The translations under genes and the position numbers were made by a program. This document shows, one piece after another, positions 29,854-40,487 of a stretch of 64,000 nt of DNA. Each line of letters begins with the position of its first letter. Positions within the stretch are counted from its first letter, which is position 1. This stretch comes from Dehalococcoidia bacterium (GTDB lineage: Bacteria; Chloroflexota; Dehalococcoidia; Plut-88900). A model generated the notes under the pieces. That model worked only from the letters and a program-made list of their open reading frames with translations. It searched no databases and was not told the DNA's origin. The stretch is from NCBI GenBank assembly GCA_965197645.1, contig OZ240219.1, positions 2,880,001-2,944,000 of the forward strand, written 5' to 3'.

Positions 29854-30672
29854 TTGAGAGCAGCGCTGTTTACCGGGTTAGCCATGGCCTTGATCGCACT
29901 GGCTGCCTGCGGCGGAGCGGACCCGGACGAGACGGCTTCCCCAGCCCCCGCCACCGCCGCCGCAGAATCAACAGTTGCCGCCACTCCGGAGCCGACAGCC
30001 ACCGCCGCTGCTGAACCAACGGGCTCCGATACTCCTGAACCGATGGCCATTGTCACCGCAGAACCAACGCCTACCGAGACCCCGGAACCAGCGACCCCTG
30101 AAGCCGCCGAAGAGCGCCAGATGGGACAGCTGGAGGGCTACGTATTTGTCGTAACTGAGGGGTCCGAGGCCACATTCACCGTGGAGGAGCAGCTGGCCAG
30201 CCTCACTCTGCCCAACGACGCTGTTATGCGCACCAACTCGCTATCAGGCACAGTCCACTTTGATGGCCGATCTTTCCAAGTAGAGGTCGATCTCCGAACT
30301 CTAAGCAGCGATCAGTCCCGGCGGGACCAGTATGTTCGACTGCGGATGTTCCCCCAGGACCCCATCGCAACCTTCACCGTCGAAGATATCCTTCCCCTGC
30401 CCGATGGATTCACCACCGGCGAAGAGGTCACCGGCTCGGTTGCGGGTGAGCTGGTGATTCGCGGCAACATTGCGCCCCTCACCTTCGAACTGGAGGCCCG
30501 GGACGACGGTCACACGGTCTTCGTTCTGGGTCGGACCCAGTTCACCTGGGACCAGCTGAGCCTGGATCCCCCTGCCGCCCGCTCGGTGGTATGGGTCGCC
30601 GACGAGGTGCGCGTCGAGATACTGCTCGCCCTGGACCCGGTCCTGGAATCCGAACTAGCCGAAGAAGAGTAG
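29854..30672 (+). CDS. YceI-like lipoprotein
   Basis: Lipobox LAAC, P/A/T/E linker, and SEATFTVEE...LSSDQSRRD...GELVIRG. Confidence 0.8.
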   Translation: MRAALFTGLAMALIALAACGGADPDETASPAPATAAAESTVAATPEPTATAAAEPTGSDTPEPMAIVTAEPTPTETPEPATPEAAEERQMGQLEGYVFVVTEGSEATFTVEEQLASLTLPNDAVMRTNSLSGTVHFDGRSFQVEVDLRTLSSDQSRRDQYVRLRMFPQDPIATFTVEDILPLPDGFTTGEEVTGSVAGELVIRGNIAPLTFELEARDDGHTVFVLGRTQFTWDQLSLDPPAARSVVWVADEVRVEILLALDPVLESELAEEE

Positions 30673-30686
30673 ACCGGAGCCGCCTT

Positions 30687-31187
30687 TTGAACTGGAGTTC
30701 GATCAGGTCGGGCTTGATGGCCGGTTCCATCGCCGTAGTGGTCGGCTCGCTGGTCCAGCTGCCCCTGAACTCCCCCTCTGACACTCTGTTCAATGCCGGA
30801 AGCGTAATGGCGGCCGGTCTGCCCGCGGGGGTGGTTGCCGGACTGTTGTGGGGCTTGGCCCGAAACAGGCCCACCGCACGTTTGCTCTTCTTCGTCCTTT
30901 GGTTGATAGTCTTCGGGCTGGTTGTGGCTGGGGCGGCAGTCGGTCGGACCGAGCTGGACAGGTTCGTATCCTACCTGGCGCCGCTGGCCGCCATAATGTT
31001 GGCACTGATCGCTGTGTTAACGCCCTGGCTGACGCGATACCCGGGTCTGACCCGATGGGCCGTGTACCCCCTTTTTGCAGTTGCCGTGGGAATGGGGCTC
31101 GGGTTGGCGGGCCTGGGCGATCAAGCCAGCGGCAGGCTCGAGCTACCGCCCCGGACCTTCGCCCATCAAATGTCGAATGTCGCCTAG
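30687..31187 (+). CDS. Hypothetical multi-pass membrane protein
   Basis: About 5 hydrophobic segments; TTG start with GGAG RBS just after the YceI stop. Confidence 0.65.
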   Translation: MNWSSIRSGLMAGSIAVVVGSLVQLPLNSPSDTLFNAGSVMAAGLPAGVVAGLLWGLARNRPTARLLFFVLWLIVFGLVVAGAAVGRTELDRFVSYLAPLAAIMLALIAVLTPWLTRYPGLTRWAVYPLFAVAVGMGLGLAGLGDQASGRLELPPRTFAHQMSNVA

Positions 31188-31897
31188 AACCTGCCCGGAT
31201 CATACTCCGAGAGGCCTGCCTTCTCCCCGACGAGGTCCCTCAGTGCTCTCCATCTTTGTGCCCTAAGCCTGTTTCGGGCTAGCGCCAGACCGTAGGCCCG
31301 GGTCATCTGCCACCCGCTCACGCCCAACCCGATGACCGCCAGGGGAACAATCAGCGCTCCCTGCTGCCAGAACACCAAGTTCGTTACAAACAGGGCCATC
31401 AGCGATAGTCCGGCCACCATCAGCAGCAACCCTTTTCGCCACTCGCCGGCATACATGTGCCCTATGCCCCACAGCCCCACCATGCACGGCACCACTGCCA
31501 GGGCCGTGGCCAAGTCGGGGTCCCTTTGAGGGATCGAGCGGATCTCTTCCCGACCCATGATACGGTCTCGAGGCGGCCAGTCCTCGCTTCGATAACCCAC
31601 CAGCTTGATTGGCCCCCTGGCTCTTTCCAACGTCTCCAAGCTGATACGGTCGGCCATCTCTATCGGGACGTACCCCCAGGTGGAATCGTAGCAGGTCTCG
31701 CACCGTCCCCGGTTTATCATGGTCACCGTGGCGCAGCTCCGGCACACCTTGATCCCTTCAACCTCGAAGACGATCGCTTCGTCGTCCCGGCTCCTCCGCA
31801 ACATCAGGATCAGCCACAGGAGGCCGATGAGCGCCGCCCACAAGGCGGCCCCCACCATGAGCAGAAGGACGCCGATTACCGCTCTATCCGTGTCCAT
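31184..31897 (-). CDS. Membrane protein with Zn-ribbon and TM2-like domain
   Basis: CRSC...CETC and GIGHMYAGEWRKG. Confidence 0.65.
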   Translation of the reverse strand: MDTDRAVIGVLLLMVGAALWAALIGLLWLILMLRRSRDDEAIVFEVEGIKVCRSCATVTMINRGRCETCYDSTWGYVPIEMADRISLETLERARGPIKLVGYRSEDWPPRDRIMGREEIRSIPQRDPDLATALAVVPCMVGLWGIGHMYAGEWRKGLLLMVAGLSLMALFVTNLVFWQQGALIVPLAVIGLGVSGWQMTRAYGLALARNRLRAQRWRALRDLVGEKAGLSEYDPGRF

Positions 31898-32007
31898 AGA
31901 TCCTTTGTATCGATAATGTCTGGGCTCATCAGTTCATAGCTTAGCACATCCCCTGAGCGACATTGGGCCCGTTAGTGATATGATCCGGAAGCGATAGGAA
32001 GTGACTC

Positions 32008-32655
32008 TTGGACACCGAACACTTCGACGCAATCAGACGCAGGTACAAGAGACTCGCTGGCACTTATGATGCGAACCGACGCGTCTCCGAGCGCCTTCGC
32101 CTCTCGGCCATTGCCAGACTGGACCTCAAACCTGGCGACGCCGTTCTCGACCTCGGATGCGGCACCGGCCTCAGTTTCGGCCCCATCCAACAGTACATAG
32201 GCCCCGAGGGACATATCACCGGCGTTGAGCTTAGCCCGGACATGCTCAACGGAGCTCGGGAAAAGGTGGAGGCAAACGAGTGGGATAACGTAACCCTCGT
32301 CCACGGTACCGCGGAAGAAGCCGAGTTGCCGTCGCAGATAAACGCCGCCCTGGGCTATTTCACCCCCGAGATCATCGGGTCACGCCAGGCAATCGAGCGC
32401 ACCATGGCCACCCTCAAACCGGGCGGAAGGTTCGTGATCGCCGGATCGAAACGGGCCGAGGGTCTGGCCGGCATCCCCGTCAATCTGTGGTACCTGTACA
32501 AGAACCATCCCTGGAACTACTTCCCCTGGTCCTATCTCATCAAGAGGCTCTGGGGCGGCCCGCAGCCCTACGAGCTGATGCAATCGATCACCGAGTCCTT
32601 CCACCGCCAAGACTACCTGCGCGGCTGCACGTATATCGCCTGGGCCGTCAAATAG
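32008..32655 (+). CDS. Class I SAM methyltransferase
   Basis: VLDLGCGTG, GVELSPDML and LKPGGRF motifs. Confidence 0.88.
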   Translation: MDTEHFDAIRRRYKRLAGTYDANRRVSERLRLSAIARLDLKPGDAVLDLGCGTGLSFGPIQQYIGPEGHITGVELSPDMLNGAREKVEANEWDNVTLVHGTAEEAELPSQINAALGYFTPEIIGSRQAIERTMATLKPGGRFVIAGSKRAEGLAGIPVNLWYLYKNHPWNYFPWSYLIKRLWGGPQPYELMQSITESFHRQDYLRGCTYIAWAVK

Positions 32656-32684
32656 AAGCTTATCGCCCGTCCACCTAGAGCCCG

Positions 32685-33749
32685 CTACAGCCGTCCTCGA
32701 ATGGCCTCGCAGAACTCCGTTGTGGTAGCGGAGCCTCCCTGGTCGGGGGTCAGGACACTTCCGTCGATGTAGGTCTGCGCCACCGCTCCTTCCAGCCTCG
32801 ATGCCGCATCTGACATTCCCAGGTACCCCAGCATCATCGCCGCCGACATGATCGTAGCGGTGGGATTGATGATCCCCATGCCTGCGATATCGGGCGCTGT
32901 GCCGTGCACCGCCTCGAAGTAGGCGTAGTCCTCTCCGTAGCACCCGCTGGGCGTAAGCCCCAACCCGCCAATGGTCCCGGCTCCCACGTCGGACACTATG
33001 TCCCCGTAGAGATTGGGAGTCACCACCACGTCCAGATCCCGGGGAGTCTCCACCTGAAGCCTCCCGAAGTTATCGACGAAGTACTCGCTGTACGCCAGCT
33101 CCTCGTACCCGTCGACTACCGACCGGACCACGTCTCGGAACAGTCCGTCCGTTTGGAGCAGTACGTTATGCTTGGCAACGCACGTGACTATACCCGGGCG
33201 CCCCTGCTCCTTGCGCCGGAGCGCCAGCTCACACGAGAACTCGGCCACCCGGCGGGTATTCGCCTCGGTGATCACCTTCAGCGCATAGGCCCCCGCCGAC
33301 GTCGGATCGAACCTTCCCTCCGGCGCACGTTGCGCCAAAGGCGTATCGGCAAGGGACGCCAGGTCCCCTTCGATGCCTACGTACACGTCCTCCAGGTTCT
33401 CCCGCACGATCACGTAGTCGATGCCGGTGGGATCGGATAACGGGCTGCGGTACCCCGTCAGCCACTTCACCGGCCGAACGTTGGCGTAGGTGCCCTTGTC
33501 GTACCGCAGGTAGGATATGGCATCCTCGGAGTAGTCGCTGGCGGACCCGAACAGGGTCGCATCGGCACGGTCTACCGCCGCCGCCGCCGTCTCCGGAAAC
33601 CCGGTCCCCTCCGCCTCGACCGCGTCTTTGCCCGTGAGCGGTCGCAGCAGCTCGATATCCAGCTCCATCGCCTCCAGCAGCTCCACCGTCGGTCGGACGG
33701 CCTCCGGCGCCGCATCGTCTCCCTCGATAACGCATATGTGCTTCGTCAT
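32685..33749 (-). CDS. Isocitrate/isopropylmalate dehydrogenase family protein
   Basis: IVRENLED, PNLYGDIVSD and FEAVHGTAPDIAG motifs. Confidence 0.93.
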   Translation of the reverse strand: MTKHICVIEGDDAAPEAVRPTVELLEAMELDIELLRPLTGKDAVEAEGTGFPETAAAAVDRADATLFGSASDYSEDAISYLRYDKGTYANVRPVKWLTGYRSPLSDPTGIDYVIVRENLEDVYVGIEGDLASLADTPLAQRAPEGRFDPTSAGAYALKVITEANTRRVAEFSCELALRRKEQGRPGIVTCVAKHNVLLQTDGLFRDVVRSVVDGYEELAYSEYFVDNFGRLQVETPRDLDVVVTPNLYGDIVSDVGAGTIGGLGLTPSGCYGEDYAYFEAVHGTAPDIAGMGIINPTATIMSAAMMLGYLGMSDAASRLEGAVAQTYIDGSVLTPDQGGSATTTEFCEAIRGRL

Positions 33750-33813
33750 AGCTCGTCTCCGTTCCTATCAACGGCGTACCAACGAATATATCGGTACAGG
33801 CTGTCGTTCCATC

Positions 33814-34725
33814 CTAGGCGAAGAGCACGTGCCCAAACAGCCCGCCCGCCATTGACATCCCTGCGCCACCGTGCAGCTTCGCCGTGCTCACCAATGCCAT
33901 GCTCATCTCCCGTCGCTCCTCGGACCGCCAGATCCGGAGCACCAGTGCGCTGGCCCAGGGCAGCGATCCCAGACCCACAAGCGCCGGCCAAGGTATCGTC
34001 CCGGTCGACACCGCAGCCACCAAGCTGCCATAGGCCCCTGTCAGAAGCGCAACGTATCCCCAGCGCCCCATCCTTCGGCCAAACATCGTCACGAAGGTCC
34101 TCTTCCCGCTCTGCCGGTCTTCTTCCATATCCCGCAAATTGTTGCAATGCAGTATCGCCGTTACGAGGAACGCCACCGGCAACGATGCCCAGAACACCGG
34201 CCAGGATAGCTCTTGGGTATGGACGTAGTAGCTGGCCAGTACCATCAGTGGACCCATGAAGAAGAACACCAGCAGCTCGCCCAGGCCCGTGTCCCCCAGG
34301 GGACGAGGCCCTGCGCTATAGAGGACGGCCACTCCCACGCTGGCCAGCCCAACCGCGAGTATCGGCCATCCGACAGCGGTGACGATGTACAGGCCCATCC
34401 CGATCCCTACTCCCAGCACCGCTATGCACCCTATCAGCACCTCTGTCGCCGAGAGAAGGCCCCGCTGGATCACCTTGTGAGGCGCAGGGAACTTCTCCTC
34501 TCCTCCGCGGCGGTGGTCCGCATACTCGTCGACCAGGTTGGTTCCGATCTGTATCGCTACCGATCCTACCAGTGCCAGGGGAAACAGCAGCCAATCGATC
34601 CGGCTGTACTCGGCGGCCAGCACACTGCCCACCAGCACTGGCGCCACCGCCGCGCTCAGGGAAAAGGGGCGGATGGCCCAGAACCAGGCCTTCAGGTAGG
34701 ACGCTACAGCGCCGGTTGCCTTCAA
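33814..34725 (-). CDS. menA: 1,4-dihydroxy-2-naphthoate prenyltransferase
   Basis: AIRPFSL, NLVDEYAD and NNLRDMEEDRQSGKRT motifs; men cluster context. Confidence 0.9.
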   Translation of the reverse strand: MKATGAVASYLKAWFWAIRPFSLSAAVAPVLVGSVLAAEYSRIDWLLFPLALVGSVAIQIGTNLVDEYADHRRGGEEKFPAPHKVIQRGLLSATEVLIGCIAVLGVGIGMGLYIVTAVGWPILAVGLASVGVAVLYSAGPRPLGDTGLGELLVFFFMGPLMVLASYYVHTQELSWPVFWASLPVAFLVTAILHCNNLRDMEEDRQSGKRTFVTMFGRRMGRWGYVALLTGAYGSLVAAVSTGTIPWPALVGLGSLPWASALVLRIWRSEERREMSMALVSTAKLHGGAGMSMAGGLFGHVLFA

Positions 34726-34734
34726 CAGCTCAAC

Positions 34735-35538
34735 CTACCAGGGCATGTGCCGGTAGGGCGAGAAGTCCGGCGTCCGTTTCTCGAGGAACGCGTTCGATCC
34801 CTCCAGCGCTTCATCCGTGCCGTAGAACAGGCTATTGGCCCCGTGGGCCACCGCCTGCAGCCCGTACACCCAGTCCGTGGCCGCGTTGAACGATGCCTTC
34901 AGCATCCGAAGCGCCGTCGGGCTTCGCTGGAGGATATCCCGGCACCAGGCCATCGTCTCCGTCTCCAGCTCCTCGGGCGGCACGACGCAGTTCACCAGCC
35001 CCATGTCCTGGGCCTCGCGGGCCGAGTACTGCCGGCACAGATACCATATCTCCCGCGCCTTCTTCTCTCCCACCACCTGGGCCAGAAACACCGCGCCGAA
35101 CCCGCCATCGAAGCTGCCCACCCTCGGTCCGGTCTGTCCGAATCTGGCCGTTTCGCTGGCTATGGAAAGGTCGCAGATCACATGGAGCACGTGCCCGCCG
35201 CCGATGGCGTACCCGTTGACCATGGCGATGACGGGCTTGGGTATGCTGCGGATGGTCCGGTGCAGCTCCAATACGTGCATTCTCGCCACACCCGATTCGT
35301 CTTTGTAGCCTCCCGGCCCTTTCAACCTCTGGTCGCCGCCGGAACAGAAGGCCCTATCGCCGGCGCCGGTCAGCACCACCACGCCCGACTGTTCATCTTC
35401 CCAGGCGTCTTTAAACGCCTCCACCATCTCGTCGATGGTCTTCGGCCTGAAGGCGTTCATCACCTCGGGCCGGTTGATGGTGATCTTCGCCACTCCCTCC
35501 GATTTCTCGTAGAAGATATCCTCGAAGCTAAGGCTCAT
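34735..35538 (-). CDS. menB: 1,4-dihydroxy-2-naphthoyl-CoA synthase
   Basis: [24 protein letters not shown] and [12 protein letters not shown] motifs. Confidence 0.97.
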   Translation of the reverse strand: MSLSFEDIFYEKSEGVAKITINRPEVMNAFRPKTIDEMVEAFKDAWEDEQSGVVVLTGAGDRAFCSGGDQRLKGPGGYKDESGVARMHVLELHRTIRSIPKPVIAMVNGYAIGGGHVLHVICDLSIASETARFGQTGPRVGSFDGGFGAVFLAQVVGEKKAREIWYLCRQYSAREAQDMGLVNCVVPPEELETETMAWCRDILQRSPTALRMLKASFNAATDWVYGLQAVAHGANSLFYGTDEALEGSNAFLEKRTPDFSPYRHMPW

Positions 35539-35579
35539 AAACCCCTCCTGGCGCTTGTTGTATTATCATCAGCTGCGTA

Positions 35580-36608
35580 GTGAACGTGAATATCGAAAGT
35601 ATAAGCTGGCTGGGCGTGGGGGTCCCTTTTCGAAGGCCCTTCACCACTTCCGCCGGGACCGTTCGAACCCGCTTCTCTCTGTTGGTCTGGGTCAGGACCG
35701 ATTCCGGCGTCACCGGAATAGGCGAGGCGCCCGTCCCCTTTGGCGAAGGCGAAGAGGGGCTATTGAAGCTGGCCGATGCCGTAGACCCGGCGACCTCCAA
35801 CCCCTCCCTTAGATTTGCCCTGGATACTGCCGATCTGGACGCCCTCGGCAAGCTGAAGAAGCTGCCGGTGGCGACTCTGCTGGGCGGAAAGCTGCAGCCG
35901 GTCTCAACCAACGCCGTCATAGGCTCGGCTTCTCCCCAGGATGCAGCCCATCGGGCCCGACAAGCGGTCGCTGATGGCTTCTCAACCCTCAAGCTCAAGG
36001 TCGGCGCCCGGCCGGTCCACCAAGACGAAGAAGCCTTGCGGGCCGTACGCTCCGCCGTCGGTCCTGATATCAAACTGCGCCTCGACGCAAACCAGGCCTG
36101 GACGCCCGATGAGGCCGTTTCCAACGTCCGTCGTTTAGCTCCATTCCAACCCGAGTACATAGAGGAGCCGTCCTCCGGCAGCGGTCTATCCTCTTCTCCG
36201 GTTCCCATAGCCGCGGACGAGTCCATCTCCACCCGGGAAGACGCGTTGAGAATCATCGAGTCCCGCACCGCCGACGTTCTCATTCTCAAGGCCGCTCGAC
36301 TAGGCGGCCTCCGGCCGACCAAAGAGATAGCGAATCTGGCAGCGGCATCGGGAATCAGGGCAGTTCTCACGTCGAACCTGGAGACGGGCGTAGGTCTCGC
36401 CGCCTCTCTCCATCTCGCCGCCGCGCTTCTGCCGGCTGAAGTGCACGGCCTCGCCACGGGCGCCCTCCTGGAGCACGACCTCCTTACCACCCCCCTCCTC
36501 CCCAAAGAGGGCCGGCTCTCGCTGCCACCGCTGCCCGGCCTTGGAGTCACCCTCGACACAGACGCTCTCGATCGGTACAAGCTGGACATTCGGGGCGTCA
36601 CCGGCTGA
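35580..36608 (+). CDS. menC: o-succinylbenzoate synthase (opposite strand to the rest of the cluster)
   Basis: Enolase superfamily: KLKVG, LRLDANQAW, IEEP, AADES and ILK; embedded in the men cluster. Confidence 0.85.
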   Translation: MNVNIESISWLGVGVPFRRPFTTSAGTVRTRFSLLVWVRTDSGVTGIGEAPVPFGEGEEGLLKLADAVDPATSNPSLRFALDTADLDALGKLKKLPVATLLGGKLQPVSTNAVIGSASPQDAAHRARQAVADGFSTLKLKVGARPVHQDEEALRAVRSAVGPDIKLRLDANQAWTPDEAVSNVRRLAPFQPEYIEEPSSGSGLSSSPVPIAADESISTREDALRIIESRTADVLILKAARLGGLRPTKEIANLAAASGIRAVLTSNLETGVGLAASLHLAAALLPAEVHGLATGALLEHDLLTTPLLPKEGRLSLPPLPGLGVTLDTDALDRYKLDIRGVTG

Positions 36609-36614
36609 CCTCGA

Positions 36615-37430
36615 TCATTCATCGCCCCACTTGGCTCGAAAGAAGTCCAGCGCCGTCCTGTTGAACATATCCGGCCGTTCCAGGTGTGCGGAGTGACCGG
36701 CACCGGGTATTATCGACGCTTTGCCTTTGGGAGCTTCCTCGCTCATCCATTTGGCGATGTTGCAGTACCGTTCGTCATCCTCGCCTGCAATGAACAGCGA
36801 TGGCATGTCCAGCTCCGCCAAACGGTCATGGAGCGGCGGTTGCATCCCTGCACCCATACCTCGCAGGCAGTTGGACAGGCCCACCGGATCGTTCCTCAAC
36901 CGCTGCTCCCGGAGTGTGTCCCGTATCTCCCGGCTCTGGCTGGAAAACAGGGGCAGCGCCTCCCAGTAACCGATGAACTCTTCAATTCCTTTTTCATCGA
37001 TCACGCGCGCAAGCCTGTGGTCACTGGCGGCCCGTTCCCCACGCGCCTTTGCGTCGGCTATTCCCGGCGACGCCCCCTCCAACACGAGGGACTTGCATCG
37101 TTCCGGCACGGTCAACGCCAAGTGCAAGCAGATTCTTCCTCCCATCGAGTAACCCAGCCAACCGGCGCGCTGGATTTCCAGGCAGTCCAGCACTCCAACC
37201 AGGTCGTTGACACAGTTGTCCATCGAGTATCGTGCCGGGTCCGAGGGGGCGTCCGAGTCTCCGTGTCCCAACACGTCCACCAGCACGAAGGTGAACTCCG
37301 TCTGTCCGGCTTCGACCAGGGACTGCCACGTTGTGTGGTTGCCGGTGAAGCCATGAAGGGCGACCACGTGCGGCCCTCGTCCTACCGTCTCCACGTTCAG
37401 CTTTACCCCGTTCACCGACAACCGAGGCAT
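36615..37430 (-). CDS. menH: SHCHC synthase
   Basis: LHGFTG, GYSMGGR and WEALPLFSSQ motifs. Confidence 0.92.
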   Translation of the reverse strand: MPRLSVNGVKLNVETVGRGPHVVALHGFTGNHTTWQSLVEAGQTEFTFVLVDVLGHGDSDAPSDPARYSMDNCVNDLVGVLDCLEIQRAGWLGYSMGGRICLHLALTVPERCKSLVLEGASPGIADAKARGERAASDHRLARVIDEKGIEEFIGYWEALPLFSSQSREIRDTLREQRLRNDPVGLSNCLRGMGAGMQPPLHDRLAELDMPSLFIAGEDDERYCNIAKWMSEEAPKGKASIIPGAGHSAHLERPDMFNRTALDFFRAKWGDE

Positions 37431-37431
37431 G

Positions 37432-39168
37432 CTAGCCTTCGACCCGAGCCCTCAGCGATTCCAGCGCCGCGCTCACCACCTTCCGATGCAACTCCAAGTT
37501 CCTGGCCCGGTCGCCGGGCACCTCGATGACTGTGGTACCCACGGACGACTGGCTGTGAGACACCGCCTTCCGGAACTCGCTCCACGATTCCACTTTCTCG
37601 TATCTCAGGTCATACATCTCCGCCGCCAGCCTGAAACCCAAGCCGTGGGGAGTACCGAAATACTCTTCGAAACCATCGGGGAACTTGGCCTGGGGCAGGA
37701 ACGAGAACACCCCGCCACCATTGTTGTTCACCACGATGATGGTGGCATCCAGCCCCCACTTCCTGGCTGCCAGAAGCCCGTTCATATCGTGATAGAAGGA
37801 CAGATCGCCGATCACCAGGGTGACCCGCCGGCTGGCGCCTGCACCTACTCCCAAGGCCGTCGACACCACTCCATCGATGCCACTGGCGCCCCGGTTGCCC
37901 ATGCACCGGATGCTCTTCGAGCTCCACGGCAGGAAGGTGTCCATATCCCGTACCGGCATGCTGTTGCCGGCGAAGAGTACCGATCCCTCGGGCAGCAACT
38001 CAGCCAGCTCCGGGAATATCCTCCCTTCGAACAGCTCCTCTGTGCTACCCATCTCAGCCTCGGCCGCCTCTTTAGCTCTACTCCCCAGCTCCCGCCACTC
38101 CTCCGCCCACGCACCGTCCCCTGCCCCACCCCGCACGGCCTGGCAGAACCGCACTGGGTCCATCGAGTAGACGCCCGTCGCTAGGTGAGCCGGGTCGGGC
38201 CAGCCCTCATCTCTTATCAGGACGTGTTTCACCCCGGCATGCACTTCCAGGTAGCTTCCTAGCGGCTTGGACGTGGGCATTCCGCCAAACCTGATGATGA
38301 GTTCCGGTTTGAGCCGCTCTGCCAGCTCCTCGTCCCGCAGGAATAGGTCGTATCCATCTATCCCTTGCTCGACCTGACGGTCTCCGCATCGCAGCTGGGA
38401 CAAAGGGTCGGCCAACACCGGGTAGCCTAGGCTCCGGGCCAACGCTGCAACGGCCCCGGGGAACCCGACCCTGTCCAGCGGCCCACAGACGATCACTCCC
38501 CTCTCGACCTCGTCAAGGGCTAGTTCACCCGCAACCTTCGGTTGACTCTCCTGATGCAAAACAGGCGCGGTGGTCACATCGAATACGGCGCCATCGAAGT
38601 GCTCGGGGACCTCTACCGGCGCCAGCGGTTCTCGAAAAGACAGGTTCAGGTGGACGGGGCCGGAGGGCCGCTCGGAAGCTACCGAGTAGGCCCTGGCCGC
38701 CAGGGCGCCGGCATATCGAAGCATATCCTCGGTCGCCTCCGGCGTAGGCGGGCTAACCGACCATTTCACGTGTTCGCCGTACATCCCGGCCTGCGATATC
38801 GTCTGGTTTGCTCCCCATTCCACCAGTTCGGGTGGGCGGTCCGCGGTCAGAACCAGGAGCGGCACGAAGGAGTGTCTGGCTTCGACTATCGCCGGATGGA
38901 GGTTGGCCGTCGCCGTGCCCGAGGTGCACACCACCGCAACCGGCTCGCCCAAAGCCTTGGCCATGCCGAGGGCGAAGTACCCCGCCGATCTTTCGTCCAG
39001 GTGCACCCAGGTCCTGATGCCGGGCTGCCTACCGAAGCTGCGGGCCAGGGGCCCGGACCGAGACCCGGGACAGATGCACACATTCCCAAGTCCTGATTCG
39101 TATAGACTCCTGACAAGGGCTGCGGTGAAGGCGTAGTTCCGATTCTCAGGCGTTCCGTCCGTCATCAC
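37432..39168 (-). CDS. menD: SEPHCHC synthase
   Basis: CPGSRS, DERSAGYFALG, NRGASGIDG and GDLSFYHD motifs. Confidence 0.97.
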   Translation of the reverse strand: MMTDGTPENRNYAFTAALVRSLYESGLGNVCICPGSRSGPLARSFGRQPGIRTWVHLDERSAGYFALGMAKALGEPVAVVCTSGTATANLHPAIVEARHSFVPLLVLTADRPPELVEWGANQTISQAGMYGEHVKWSVSPPTPEATEDMLRYAGALAARAYSVASERPSGPVHLNLSFREPLAPVEVPEHFDGAVFDVTTAPVLHQESQPKVAGELALDEVERGVIVCGPLDRVGFPGAVAALARSLGYPVLADPLSQLRCGDRQVEQGIDGYDLFLRDEELAERLKPELIIRFGGMPTSKPLGSYLEVHAGVKHVLIRDEGWPDPAHLATGVYSMDPVRFCQAVRGGAGDGAWAEEWRELGSRAKEAAEAEMGSTEELFEGRIFPELAELLPEGSVLFAGNSMPVRDMDTFLPWSSKSIRCMGNRGASGIDGVVSTALGVGAGASRRVTLVIGDLSFYHDMNGLLAARKWGLDATIIVVNNNGGGVFSFLPQAKFPDGFEEYFGTPHGLGFRLAAEMYDLRYEKVESWSEFRKAVSHSQSSVGTTVIEVPGDRARNLELHRKVVSAALESLRARVEG

Positions 39169-40487
39169 GCAAACGCCCCGAGCATAGAGCCCAGCTTCAT
39201 CTCCGTTTCGCGGTACTCCTCTTCAGGGTCCGAGCCCGAGACGATGCCCGCTCCGGCGTAGAAGGTGGCTTCACCATCACGAACGAGCCCGGAACGGATG
39301 GCTATGGTTAACTCCCCACCCCCGGACCCATCCACCCAGCCCACGGGCCCTGCGTACCAGCCCCTGTCCATACCTTCGCGATCACGAATGAACTGCAACG
39401 CTTTCTCTTTAGGGCTGCCCGCCACCGCCGCCGTGGGATGCAGGCGTTCAACGAAGTCGAGGATATGGGCGTCCTTCCCCACGTTGCCTCGAAATCGAGT
39501 GGCCAGATGCTGTACCCCCTTCAGCTTCAGCAGTAAGGGCGATGGATCGCTGAGCGCGTCCTGACACAGGCCGGCCAACGCCTCCGATATCTCGTTGACT
39601 ACGATGCTGTGCTCCCGACGCTCCTTCTCACCGCTTAACAGAGCTTCACCAAGCCGGCGGTCCTCGTCTTCGTCCCCACCTCTCCCGGCCGAGCCTGCCA
39701 GGCACACGCTCTCCATTACTCCATCCCCGACCCGGACCAGCTGCTCGGGGCTGGCGCCCAAGAAACAGCTTTCGCCGCGCCGGAAGGCGAACAGGGTGCA
39801 CTCCGGGTCCGATCTCATCAAACGATCCAGCGAGTCCGAAACTGTGCTGGAGGCGGAGAGCCCAACTCGCTTGCTCCGTGCCAGCACCACCTTCTCCAGC
39901 CCGCCTGATGAAATACAGTCAAGCGCCACCCTGACCGAGTTGCACCATTCTCTCTGATCTAACGATGTTAATGCGCCGGTATCCTGCGGTCCGGCCTGAG
40001 CCACCCGTGTATCGTCGGCGCCGTTCTCCGAAACGATCGTGTTTTCCGTGACCCAGAACCGGTCCCCCTGCCTTCTATACAGCAGGCTTGGGATGGTCAG
40101 GATCCCGTCCCCGAAAACGCGCCATTCCGGGCTGGTCTCCGCCCCAGAATCGAACCTGAATCCCATAAACGCCTGGAGTCCCATCTGGGAGTTGCCTTCA
40201 AACCGGGTGTTGGAGGAAAGGGTTTCGCAGGCTTGCTTAGCCGTTGTGAATCTGTCCGTACCAGCCAGTGACAACGAGTAGGCCTCCCCCAGCCCCACCA
40301 CCCATTCGCCCCTTGAAGGGGTTGCCCAGAATAGAGCCGCCTCTTCCTGCCCCCTTCGGAACAGCGCCGTCGGGCTACCCGGATCAGCGATAGGCCTGGT
40401 AACACTGACGAGAGCGGGCTGGCCCAAGGCCTCAGCCCGCCTCTCCACTAACTGTGTCTTTATGCTATCCCTCGTCACTATCTCCAT
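39165..40487 (-). CDS. menF: Isochorismate synthase
   Basis: KVVLAR, GASPE, LHPTAAV and RGWYAGPVG motifs. Confidence 0.9.
   Translation of the reverse strand: MEIVTRDSIKTQLVERRAEALGQPALVSVTRPIADPGSPTALFRRGQEEAALFWATPSRGEWVVGLGEAYSLSLAGTDRFTTAKQACETLSSNTRFEGNSQMGLQAFMGFRFDSGAETSPEWRVFGDGILTIPSLLYRRQGDRFWVTENTIVSENGADDTRVAQAGPQDTGALTSLDQREWCNSVRVALDCISSGGLEKVVLARSKRVGLSASSTVSDSLDRLMRSDPECTLFAFRRGESCFLGASPEQLVRVGDGVMESVCLAGSAGRGGDEDEDRRLGEALLSGEKERREHSIVVNEISEALAGLCQDALSDPSPLLLKLKGVQHLATRFRGNVGKDAHILDFVERLHPTAAVAGSPKEKALQFIRDREGMDRGWYAGPVGWVDGSGGGELTIAIRSGLVRDGEATFYAGAGIVSGSDPEEEYRETEMKLGSMLGAFA

Noticed and set aside
32008-32655. menG/ubiE call for the methyltransferase near the men genes
   Set aside because: Only generic class I motifs; opposite strand and separated from the cluster, so no symbol is assigned.
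35528-36703. 391-aa minus-strand ORF that would keep the men cluster co-oriented
   Set aside because: Arg/Ser-rich shadow ORF with no motifs; the plus-strand ORF has all the enolase-superfamily motifs.
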